Positions 1 through 9,200 of a stretch of 64,000 nucleotides of DNA are shown here, piece after piece. Position numbers and translations under genes: made by a program. The DNA lies in NCBI GenBank assembly GCA_017549815.1, contig JAFYNH010000018.1, forward strand, positions 586 through 64,585, read 5' to 3'. Numbering within the stretch: position 1 is the stretch's first letter; each line of letters begins with the position of its first letter. This stretch comes from Selenomonadaceae bacterium (GTDB taxonomy: Bacteria > Bacillota > Negativicutes > Selenomonadales > Selenomonadaceae). The notes beneath the pieces were generated by a model, which had not been told where the DNA came from, made no database searches, and saw nothing but the letters and a program-made list of their open reading frames with translations.

Positions 1-2745
1 TTTGCGCAGGAGGTCGCGAGGCTTAATCAAGCCGCTTTGAATCAGCCGAACAATAAAAGTGCCCGTGCCTGTGAATGGGTCGAGTACGTGAACATTTTCA
101 TCGGAGAGCCGACGCCCGAAATTTTTATAAAGCACATCATCAACCGAACGGAGAATAAAATCAACAACTTCGACGGGCGTATAGACAATGCCGAGTTTTT
201 TAGCAGTCTTTTCAAGCACCTTTTCAAAAAAATTTTCATAAAGGCGAATGATAATGCTTTGACGAGTGGCTGCGTCTCCCATATTGCTACACATATTGCG
301 AACTTGCTCATAAAGGCGGGCAAAAACTTCGCGGTCTTTAGTCATGCCGTCGCCTTCCAGACGCTCCAAAATTTTCTGCATGGCGCGACTGACAGGATTT
401 TGTTCGGAGAAGGAATAATTTTCAAAGAGAGCCTCGAAAACTGGGCGCGTGATTAAATGCTGGGCAAGCATATTAACAGCTTCATCTTCGGTTACGCTCG
501 GATTAAGATCGTGTTGCAGGTCATAGAGAAAGTTATAAAAATCTCTGCGCGGCTCGCCTTCAACGCTGATTAGTTCCCTAATGCGTTGCATGTGGCGTTT
601 AACTATATCTGCAATCTTATGAGTCCATTGAACCCAATAAAGATGATTGCCTACATGTTCAACCATGCGGGCATAAATTTTATTCCGCAAGTCGTCCCAA
701 CGTAACAAGTCTTCCAAAACCAGTTGCGGGTTGTCGCCATTGCCAATGATTACTTTTCTGCCACCGGGCACATTGTCAGAATCATTTTTACCACCCGTCA
801 AAGAGTTGCGAATCCGCTCAATCTCTATGTTCATATTTTCATCGTGAGCACGTAGCGCGTTGATAATTTTCCATACGTCCTTAAAGTCTTCGGAGTTGCT
901 AAGAGCTTCTTCGGGCGATTTATTCATTGGCACGATAACCGGAATGATTATGTATCCGAATTTTTTATGCGGAGCTTTACGCATGACGCGCCCGACAGCT
1001 TGCACAATTTCAACTTGAGATTTCTTTGACGCCATGAAGATAATCGCGTCGAGTGCAGGCACGTCAACTCCTTCCGCAAGGCAACGGACATTATTTAGAA
1101 TTCTGCAAGCGTTGCCGTCAGTCGGCGTTGTCTTCAAGGCGTACAATTTATTTGAGCGTTCAGCCGAAGTCATTGATTCAATCTTCCTGCCGACTTTCCG
1201 CGAACCAAAGACAAAATCGGCGGAGATATTCACGAAGGATTTTCTTTCTTCGGCTGTTATCTCGGCAAAATATTTCTCTTGCACTTTAGAAAAATCATGC
1301 GCAAAGCGTTCAGCGTCCGATATGCTCTTATAAAATGCTACTACGGTATGAATGAACCGATTGGGGTCGTCCGATATGAATTTTCTGGACTTGCTGTCCA
1401 TTTTTTTCGACAAGGCGTTGATACAGCCGATAATTTTTAGTGCGTCGTCTACGGTGAGCGAATCCGATTGACTGTTAATAGAATCTTTCAGCTGTTTAGT
1501 TAAAAAACTTTCGTCAACCGTGAACACAAAAACTTTATACTCGGACAGATAACCGCGAGCGGCGGCTTCCGCAAAACTTATGTTAAAAAACTCTTCGCCG
1601 AAAATTTCAACGTTATCCATAGACCAATCTGCTAGCTTGTTTTCGTCGATAACGTTATCTTTAACGCCCGTCTTAAAAAGTTTCGGCGTTGCTGTCATGT
1701 ACATGCGCTTTTTGCCGTGAATATATTCTTCGCTGTGAACTTTAGTGAAAACTGTTTCCTTACTGCTCAGGCTTGCCGTCCTATGCGCTTCGTCGCAGAT
1801 AATAAGGTCGAAGTTGATATTAAGTTCGTGAACAACGTCGATTGACTGATAAGTCGAGAAAATAACTTTCAACCCTTCATCACTGAACACTGACCACTTA
1901 TCACTGATAACTTTAGCGTCTGTCATAGCGGGTAGCGGTAAATTTACATCAACTATATCCTCATCAAAATTTCCGACCGCTGTAGCGTCTGAACATATAC
2001 AAATTGCGTTCAATGGCTTTTCGGCAAATGTTGCCCATTCTTCGAGTGTTTGACTTAACAGCGAGATTGACGGCACTAAAAATAAAATTTTACCGTCGGG
2101 AAATAATTTTTCGGCGATTTTGAGTGATGTAAAGGTTTTGCCCGTTCCGCATGCCATTATTAGCTTTCCGCGAGTATGATTTTGATAATGAATCTGCGCG
2201 GCGTTAATGGCGTCTTGCTGATAATCGCGGAGCTTGCGAACAACTACTGCCTCTTCATGAGCAAAGCCGTTATCAAGCAGTGACCAATTAACCTGCGCTC
2301 GTCTCAATGTAGCCAAGTCTATGAATTCTACAGCGGGCGATTGATTTTTAAACATTTCGCGAGCGTTATCGGTGAAATTATCTGAAGTAGCAATCCAAAG
2401 CCTGCGCGAGAATTTTTTATCGCCGTTAAAAGTCCGTGAGCTGTTAGAAATGAAAGAATCGACGGCTGATTTAGTGATTGTGGTTGATTCGGCGTAGAAT
2501 TTACATTGAGCCGCCCAAAATTCGTCGTCGTGAGTTTTGACGACCAAATCAATTCCTAAATCCTTGCCGCCTAAATCTACGCGGAAGGGAAAATCTTTCC
2601 AACGCCACACGTCAGAAATTTTTCCGCGCCAAATCGGATAAGTAAGCAAGAAATTTTTCATAAGGCGTTCAAAGCGGTCGCCTTTTTCTGCCTCACTCAT
2701 CGCGAATATTTCTCGATAGCTATTCAGCAATTCGTCAATCGTCAT
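1..2745 (-). CDS. Type ISP restriction-modification enzyme, N-terminal ~915 codons (Mrr-like nuclease + SF2 helicase-type ATPase + start of N6-adenine methyltransferase). The 3' end lies beyond the left edge, so it is not in the ORF track.
   Basis: My own minus-strand translation from the ATG at 2745 (MTIDELLNSYREIF...) stays open to position 1. Motifs in order: GIDLVV...AAQCKFY (PD-(D/E)XK/Mrr type), RDYQQDAI, MACGTGKTF (Walker A), LIICDEAHR (DEAH), MTATPK, LAEGVDVPALD and QAVGRVMR (helicase V/VI), then GIVYTPVEVVDFIL...VLDPFTGTGTF (MTase motifs X/I) at the window edge. Confidence 0.85.
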   Translation of the reverse strand, partial: MTIDELLNSYREIFAMSEAEKGDRFERLMKNFLLTYPIWRGKISDVWRWKDFPFRVDLGGKDLGIDLVVKTHDDEFWAAQCKFYAESTTITKSAVDSFISNSSRTFNGDKKFSRRLWIATSDNFTDNAREMFKNQSPAVEFIDLATLRRAQVNWSLLDNGFAHEEAVVVRKLRDYQQDAINAAQIHYQNHTRGKLIMACGTGKTFTSLKIAEKLFPDGKILFLVPSISLLSQTLEEWATFAEKPLNAICICSDATAVGNFDEDIVDVNLPLPAMTDAKVISDKWSVFSDEGLKVIFSTYQSIDVVHELNINFDLIICDEAHRTASLSSKETVFTKVHSEEYIHGKKRMYMTATPKLFKTGVKDNVIDENKLADWSMDNVEIFGEEFFNISFAEAAARGYLSEYKVFVFTVDESFLTKQLKDSINSQSDSLTVDDALKIIGCINALSKKMDSKSRKFISDDPNRFIHTVVAFYKSISDAERFAHDFSKVQEKYFAEITAEERKSFVNISADFVFGSRKVGRKIESMTSAERSNKLYALKTTPTDGNACRILNNVRCLAEGVDVPALDAIIFMASKKSQVEIVQAVGRVMRKAPHKKFGYIIIPVIVPMNKSPEEALSNSEDFKDVWKIINALRAHDENMNIEIERIRNSLTGGKNDSDNVPGGRKVIIGNGDNPQLVLEDLLRWDDLRNKIYARMVEHVGNHLYWVQWTHKIADIVKRHMQRIRELISVEGEPRRDFYNFLYDLQHDLNPSVTEDEAVNMLAQHLITRPVFEALFENYSFSEQNPVSRAMQKILERLEGDGMTKDREVFARLYEQVRNMCSNMGDAATRQSIIIRLYENFFEKVLEKTAKKLGIVYTPVEVVDFILRSVDDVLYKNFGRRLSDENVHVLDPFTGTGTFIVRLIQSGLIKPRDLLRK

Positions 2746-2875
2746 TTTTCAAACTCCTTACATCCAAAGCCACTTAACATAATTTTTAATTCTTATAAGT
2801 TTAACGGTTTCGCATTTTCTTTTCAACACTCGATGCCGTTGCAACCGCATGACGATAAGGGAAGATTAAAATGGC

Positions 2876-2904
2876 TTGACAGAAATTCTGTGCATTGATA
2901 ATCT
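2876..2904 (+). promoter_or_regulatory. sigma70-type promoter for the 2924 ORF
   Basis: TTGACA (2876-2881), 17-nt spacer, TAATCT (2899-2904) preceded by TGa. GGAGGTGAG lies directly before the ATG at 2924. The ORF-track start at 2876 is the TTG inside the -35 box. Confidence 0.5.
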
Positions 2905-2923
2905 TGAAATAACTGGAGGTGAG

Positions 2924-3991
2924 ATGATGAACGATGAAGATAAAAATCCTTGCGACTTGCAAAAAAATCTTCAGCAAATGATGAAAACTACTAAGCAATC
3001 AGATTTGGAAATAGCTTTGCGACGTATGATGCAGACTACCAAATCAAACGATTTGAAAAATGCCTTCAGGAAAATGATTCACGCAACTCATTCTTTCGAT
3101 AAACAGGTCGAGGAAAAAGAAAAAGAAAGTGAACAAAATATCGCTGACGCCTTCCAGAAAATGATTCGGCTATCGCGCTCCATAGAAATAGAAAATGAAG
3201 AACAAATCGCTCGCGAAGAAGAACGCGCCAAAAAGAACGAGAAAAAAATCGATAAAGTCAAACGAAAAGTGCCGCGCAGAATTAGGAATTTTCCAGCTGC
3301 CTTTAAACGTAATCCAAAAGCCGTCATAAAATATTTTCTGGGAATGATATTCGGGCGCATGTTGGCGATTGTACTTTATATCGTCATGGCTTTTATCCCC
3401 GCGTTGCCGATACCCGACGCCGTCGCTAACATGAGCAAGCCGCCTGCAATTTTCGGCGCGGCTTTCAACTCAATGCGCGGATTCTTTAGCGACTTAAGCC
3501 CGCAAATGATAATCGCAAGTGTCACGGGCATTCCGACGGATATAAATAAATTGCTACAGAAGGTCGGCGAATTTTTTACCTACTACGCAAGACGAGCCGC
3601 CGCCTTCCTTATCCGAGCGATTAGACATCCGCGCCTTGCCTTCGACGATACACGGAAATTAATTCGCCTTAAAGCTCCGCTGTTTATAAGGTTATCGCGG
3701 GCAACAGTCAGCGTAGCATTTTCGTTCCTGCTGATAAAATTGGCGATGATATTCCTGTTGCCGTTGTTCGGCGGTATCGCGCTGACGGTTCTCGGTATAA
3801 AAGTTTCAATAATCCTGTTCGTAATCGCGAGAATGATAGCGGACAAAATCGGCGAGTTGCTGGGGAAATATATCTTCAATGGCGGCTTAAAATTAATTTG
3901 TATAGCCAAAACTATTCAAGAATCACAAATTGTTAAAGCTATCGGCGACTACCTTAAAGAGTGGCTCGACCAAGCAACAAATAAAAAATGA
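2924..3991 (+). CDS. Hypothetical membrane protein with a charged N-terminal domain carrying four ~20-aa repeats and a multi-TM C-terminal half
   Basis: ORF-track ORF trimmed to the ATGATG after a GGAGG RBS. Repeats are LQQMMKTTKQSDL / LRRMMQTTKSNDL / FRKMIHATHSFD / FQKMIRLSRSIE, followed by a KR-rich linker. Hydrophobic stretches follow (FGRMLAIVLYIVMAFIPAL, VSVAFSFLLIKLAMIFLLPLFGGIALTVLGIKVSIILFVIA). No family recognised. Confidence 0.7.
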   Translation: MMNDEDKNPCDLQKNLQQMMKTTKQSDLEIALRRMMQTTKSNDLKNAFRKMIHATHSFDKQVEEKEKESEQNIADAFQKMIRLSRSIEIENEEQIAREEERAKKNEKKIDKVKRKVPRRIRNFPAAFKRNPKAVIKYFLGMIFGRMLAIVLYIVMAFIPALPIPDAVANMSKPPAIFGAAFNSMRGFFSDLSPQMIIASVTGIPTDINKLLQKVGEFFTYYARRAAAFLIRAIRHPRLAFDDTRKLIRLKAPLFIRLSRATVSVAFSFLLIKLAMIFLLPLFGGIALTVLGIKVSIILFVIARMIADKIGELLGKYIFNGGLKLICIAKTIQESQIVKAIGDYLKEWLDQATNKK

Positions 3992-4020
3992 CGCGGTTTA
4001 ATCGCCGCGCCGTTTTATTT
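3992..4020. terminator. Bidirectional hairpin terminator between convergent genes
   Basis: CGCGG-tttaatcg-CCGCG stem-loop followed by a T-run (cgttttattttt), with an A-run on the other side. Confidence 0.5.
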
Positions 4021-4299
4021 TTATCTTAAATATCCGCTGACCATAAAGAAACTCACAGTTAAGAAAATCACGCAACCGACAATCATGATGAGCCAATCGG
4101 GCGTATATCGCCAAATTAAATCGTTAGTCAATTTTTCGAGCGGGAGCTTGGAACTTTTGTGAGCAACCGGCATGTAAAGCAGAAAGCCGAGTGTTACTCC
4201 GAAAATCAGAATGCAAATTAGTCCGATAATGACATCCAAAGGCGGAAAAGAAAATAAGTCCGAAAATAATTCACTGAAAGAATAGTCCGCAACTTCCAT
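4021..4299 (-). CDS. Small two/three-TM membrane protein of unknown function, translationally coupled to nrdG
   Basis: 92-aa ORF. Its ATG lies 7 nt after a GGAGG that forms the last codons of nrdG (..GGAGGTTGACTAATG). Hydrophobic segments are IIGLICILIFGVTLGFLLYM and LIMIVGCVIFLTVSFFMV. Confidence 0.55.
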   Translation of the reverse strand: MEVADYSFSELFSDLFSFPPLDVIIGLICILIFGVTLGFLLYMPVAHKSSKLPLEKLTNDLIWRYTPDWLIMIVGCVIFLTVSFFMVSGYLR

Positions 4300-4302
4300 T
4301 AG

Positions 4303-4797
4303 TCAACCTCCGTTTTCAGTCCAAAGCACGATTTTATTTTGTGTGCGAGTCTTATTTAGGTCGATTATGCGCTGATTACGGGAGCCGCGAAATTGAAGTT
4401 CAAGGTCGCGCAGACTTTCGATAAATGCGCCGTCAATCAGCACGTCGATATTTTGAATCAGAGGCGCGGCTTCGGGCGGAAGTTCTTCATAAATAAATCC
4501 CGTGTAACACCAGACATTGAGTCCGAAACTTTTAACTGCGCGGGCGATTTCATCAGCGGCGTTGATTTGTAGAAAAGGTTCGCCGCCGGTCAGGGTAATT
4601 CCGTCGAGTAGCGGATTTTTTTTTATCTCGGCGAGAATTTCTGCGGTATCGATAAGTCGTCCGCCGTTGAGCGCGTGCGTTTCTGGATTATGACAACCTG
4701 CGCAATTTCTTTGGCAACCTTGCATGAAGATAGCGAAACGAATCCCGTCGCCGTCAACAAAACTTTCTGGTACTAGTCCTGCAATACGAATCTGCAA
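4303..4797 (-). CDS. nrdG: Anaerobic ribonucleoside-triphosphate reductase activating protein (radical SAM)
   Basis: 164 aa with a TTG start after GGAGG. Motifs: VDGDGIRFAIFMQGCQRNCAGCHNPETH (CxxxCxxC radical-SAM cluster), GITLTGGEPF, and FRGSRNQRIIDL near the C-terminus, all typical of NrdG. Confidence 0.85.
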   Translation of the reverse strand: MQIRIAGLVPESFVDGDGIRFAIFMQGCQRNCAGCHNPETHALNGGRLIDTAEILAEIKKNPLLDGITLTGGEPFLQINAADEIARAVKSFGLNVWCYTGFIYEELPPEAAPLIQNIDVLIDGAFIESLRDLELQFRGSRNQRIIDLNKTRTQNKIVLWTENGG

Positions 4798-4818
4798 CTC
4801 AATCAGCCTCCGACGCCG

Positions 4819-4847
4819 ATTATAATTCTTCGACGTGCAAAAGGCAA
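4819..4847 (-). promoter_or_regulatory. Candidate sigma70 promoter for nrdG
   Basis: On the minus strand: TTGCCT (4847-4842), 17-nt spacer, TATAAT (4824-4819), then GGAGG and the TTG start. Confidence 0.4.
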
Positions 4848-4910
4848 TTAGATTTTGTTGTAAGGCGGTGCGTCTACTCGATTAAGCCGACTAATAACTT
4901 TTATTTATTT

Positions 4911-4944
4911 GCAAAACTTTTTCTTTGCGCGCCCAAAGAAAAAG
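4911..4944 (-). terminator. Rho-independent terminator downstream of the DUF1385 gene
   Basis: Perfect 11-bp stem CTTTTTCTTTG / CAAAGAAAAAG with a 6-nt GC loop, followed on the minus strand by TTTT. Confidence 0.55.
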
Positions 4945-5054
4945 TAACAAAAAGAAAGGGCGTTCGACCGGCAAAGAAACATCCATGTTTCTATTGCCGG
5001 CGGCGCACGTCCATGTGCGCCGGGTTTTCGCTCATCGCTGTTATTATTTCGACG

Positions 5055-5909
5055 TTATTTCGGAGTGACGGCTTCCAAAGACTTTATGGCGACTTCAATC
5101 ATTGAATCATCTGGCTCGCGAGTTGTTAAATATTGGAGCCAAAGTCCGGGCAACGTCGCCAACTTGACAAATGAATTTCCAGACCGCGCAGAGAATCTGA
5201 TTATTTCATAGGAAATGCCCGCCACTAACGGCAACAAAATTATTCGCGAAAGAATTCTTTCCAATAAATCTGGCCAGCCCAAAAATGCAAAGACGAAAAT
5301 ACTGACGAGCATGACGATTAATAAAAAAGCAGTTCCGCATCTCGGATGGAGGCGCGGAAATTTTTTTACGTTCTCGACTGTCAGCGGTAAATCGGCTTCG
5401 TAGCAGAAAATTGTTTTATGTTCTGCGCCGTGATATTGGAAGACGCGCTGAATATCTTTCATTTGCGAGATTGCGAACAGGTACGCCAAGAAAATTATCA
5501 GCCGCAAAAATCCTTCCGCCAAATTTAAAATTATTGGGTCGTCAGTCAGCGTATGAAAAAATTTTGCGGCGAAAGTCGGTATCGCGATAAACAACACGCA
5601 AGCCAAGCCGATTGCCAAAATTATTGTGCCGATTAATTCTTTGTCGGTGAGTTGCTCATCTTCTTCGCCCGCCGTCTGCGCGGAAAACGATAAAGACTTC
5701 ATGCCAAGAATCAACGACTCGAAAAGTGTTACCGCGCCGCGCAGAAACGGCAACTTTAAAATCGGAAAACGTTCGGTTATCGAGCTGACTGGTTTGACTT
5801 GTACATTTATATTTCCGTCGGGTTCGCGGACGGCTGTAGCGACTTTACCGAAACCACGCATCATGACGCCTTCGATAACGGCTTGTCCTCCGACCAAAGG
5901 TTTACTCAT
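5055..5909 (-). CDS. DUF1385 (YqhQ-like) membrane protein
   Basis: Motifs GGQAVIEGVMMRG and YHGAEHKTI, plus several TM segments. Start moved to the ATG at 5909 (MSKPLVGG), 7 nt after GGAGGAG. Confidence 0.8.
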   Translation of the reverse strand: MSKPLVGGQAVIEGVMMRGFGKVATAVREPDGNINVQVKPVSSITERFPILKLPFLRGAVTLFESLILGMKSLSFSAQTAGEEDEQLTDKELIGTIILAIGLACVLFIAIPTFAAKFFHTLTDDPIILNLAEGFLRLIIFLAYLFAISQMKDIQRVFQYHGAEHKTIFCYEADLPLTVENVKKFPRLHPRCGTAFLLIVMLVSIFVFAFLGWPDLLERILSRIILLPLVAGISYEIIRFSARSGNSFVKLATLPGLWLQYLTTREPDDSMIEVAIKSLEAVTPK

Positions 5910-6059
5910 AAAAATCTCCTCCAAAATAAATTTAACAACCCTATGAGATTATACACGAGCAACAGGAGTTTTTCCATTATTCAACACGCCCTAAAAAATT
6001 GACAACCTTAGCAGAAAAGTGATAGCCTTTGTCCAAAAAGTGATTGAGCCATTCTATTA

Positions 6060-6087
6060 TTGACAGCGTAAAATATTTCGATAAAAT
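6060..6087 (+). promoter_or_regulatory. Candidate promoter for the giant gene
   Basis: TTGACA (6060-6065), 16-nt spacer, TAAAAT (6082-6087), about 135 nt upstream of the ATG at 6225 (RBS AGGTGA). Confidence 0.4.
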
Positions 6088-6224
6088 TCACAGGTAAATT
6101 CTCAGAAAGGAGCTGATACCGTTGAACAAGGTCGGCGGCATTTGTCGCGATAAAAATTTTAGGAACGGGCTGGAACGTTGTTAAAAAATTCAGCGGATAT
6201 AATTAAAATATTGTAGGTGATAAT

Positions 6225-9200
6225 ATGACTAACACTAATCATACGGATAACATGGTAATTAACGGTAGCGCAGAAGCCGACAATGTCAGCAACGACGCCT
6301 CGAACGTTACGATTAACGCTGAGGACGGCGCAGATATAATAAGTTTGGGCGGCGGCTCGAACATTTCGATTAATCTTGGCGACGGCGCAGATACAATTAT
6401 CGTCGACAAGGCGGTTAAGTCGTTTACGGTTGCGGACTTCAGCTCGGTTGACGTGATTCAATTTGCGGAGTCGGTTAGTGTCGAGAATAACGGCACGAGC
6501 GGCATAATTGCAACCTTTGCTGACGGCAACAAAGTTACAATCGGCGGTTTGAGTGTCGCGGGCATTAGCGATTATGCTACTTGGGTTATTAATAACAACG
6601 TCGCGAGTTACGGGCAAGCCTATTTAGCGGGCAACCAACTTTCGGACGACGGCACGAAAATTGCTTACGGCAACGATAAAATTCTTGCCGCGCAGGTTGA
6701 GATTTCGGGCGTCAAGAGTGCTCCGACTATCGATGAAAATTACTTAATTAATTTGACGACTGAAAATTTGTCGGGCGATGTCAGCGTCGTTAGCAATATC
6801 GGCTACGGTTTCCTCTTGGAAGAAGATATTAGCGGCAAGAAATTCACGGGCACTGACGACGGAAATTACGTTGAAAACTACGCCTCGAACATGACAATTA
6901 ATGGCGGCGCAAGTTCCGACCAAATTGCCAATGCAGGAGTTAATGTTGTCATTAATGCGGGCGCGGGCGATGATGAAGTTGTCAATTACGGCGACGCGGC
7001 GATAATTGATGGCGGCGATGATGCCGACATTGTTCAAAACGTCGGCTCAAATGTCACGATTAATGGCGGTTCTGGCAATGACACCCTTTATAACGAAGGC
7101 GAGAACGCGAGCATAGTCGGCGGTGTTGGCGATGACTCAGTTATCAACTACGGAGACGCGGCGATAATTGACGGCGGCGCAGGCAATGACAAAATTTATA
7201 ACGGCGATACAAATTATCTCGGTGGTAATTCTGTCACGGTAGACGGCGGCGCGGGTAGCGATTACGTTTTCAACAGAGGTTCGAACGTTGTTATTAACAC
7301 GGGCGCAGACGCTGATAAAGTTGTCAACTACACTTCAAACGTGACGATAAGCGGCGGCGATGGTGGTGATTCCATTTACAACGGCGATACAAATTATCTC
7401 GGCGGTAATTCTGTCACAGTAGACGGCGGCGCGGGCATTGATTATGTTTTCAACAGAGGTTCGAACGTTGCTATTAACACGGGCGCAGACGCTGATGAAG
7501 TTATTAACTATAGCGCGAACGTTAATGTTGATTTGGGCGACGGTGCCGACATCATTCAGAACGCTGGAGCAAACGTTACGATTAATGGCGGCTCTGGCAA
7601 TGACACCCTTTATAACTTAGGTGCAAACGCGAGCATAGTTGGCGGCATTGGCGATGATTCGATTCTCAGCTACGGCGCGAATTCCACGATAAACGGCGGT
7701 TCGGGCGCAGATACAATCGCCGTTGATATAGCTGTTCAGTCTTTGACGGTAGAAGATTTCAGCGCAGACGACGTTATTCAGCTCGTTAAGTTCAACGAAG
7801 AAACTAAAGTTTATGACACGCTTGCCGCGACTTTAAGTAAAGACGGCGAAAATCTTATAGCAACGGCGGGCGGACAATCCGTAACCATTAAAGGCGTGAG
7901 TTTGTTTGAAGACAAAAGCGCGTGGACGTTTAATGACAATGTTGCAACTTACACCAGAGAAATTTTGGCGGGCGCGACGCTCGACGCTGAAGGAAATATT
8001 GTTTATCGCGCTGGGTTAAGTAGCACGGAATTAGTCAAGCTTAGCGGCGTTAATGGTAGTCCGATTATTAGCGAAGACGGCATGATTAATTTGACAGCTG
8101 ATAATTTGTCGGGCGACGTAGCAGTCGTGAGCAACGCGGGTGGCTATGCTTTTAATTTGAGCGAAGACATTAGCGGCAAGAGTTTCACGGGCTTTGACGG
8201 CGCAGATATTGTTGAGAATTACGGCGCGAGTATGACGATTAATGGCGGCGCAGGAACCGACCATATTATTAACTGGGGCAACTCGGCGATAATCGACGGC
8301 GGTGACGATAACGACATTATTCAGAATGCTGGAGCAAACGTTTCGATTAATGCGGGCGACGGTATCGACATTATTGATAACTACGGAACTAACGTAACAA
8401 TCAATGCTGACAAAGGCTTGAATACTGTCATAAATTACAGCGACAACGTAACGATTAATAGCGGTGCAGGTGATGATTCGATTGTCAATCATGGCGCGAG
8501 TACAATAATCGACGCGGGCGCGGGCAACGATACGATTACTAACTTAATCTTTGTCCACAAAGACACGCCATTTAAACCTGACAAAACGACGATTATCGGC
8601 GGACTTGGCGACGATTTAATTCAGAACGAAGGCGCAGAGTCGACACTTACGGGCGGCGAAGGCAACGATACCATTGCCAACAAAGCAGCGAATGTCAGTA
8701 TCGACGGCGGCGCAGGACTCAATGTCATAGCCAACAGCGGCGCGAGTACAACAATCGACGCGGGCGATGATGACGATACCATTTGGAATGAATCAGGCGC
8801 AAAAGTTATAATCGACGCGGGCACGGGCGATAACTACATTTACAACAAGGGCGACGAATCCACGCTTAAGAGCGGCGACGGCAACGACAAAATAGATAAC
8901 TGGGGCGCGAACGTCAGCATAGACGCAGTAGCAGGTTTCAACATTATTCAAAACGACGGCAACAACGTTACAATCAACGGCGGCGCGGGTACCGACTCCA
9001 TTAACAACTACAAATCGAACGTAACGATTAACTCGAACGCAGGCTCAGATACCATTTCCAACTTCGCTTCATCGGTTGCGATAAATATGGGCGACGGCAA
9101 CGATAGAATTTTTAACTACTTTACGACTGTCGGCGGCGGCGAGATTGAAAAGACGCCCGATAATGTGACAATCGACGGCGGCGCGGGCACAGACATAATA

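Noticed and set aside
37-456. 139-aa plus-strand ORF at the left edge
   Set aside because: It is antisense to the Type ISP gene, whose frame is open across the whole region and carries MTase motifs there.
4798-5054. Possible cobalamin riboswitch or other leader upstream of nrdG
   Set aside because: I found no B12-box-like sequence. The structures present are simple hairpins better explained as terminators or repeat elements.
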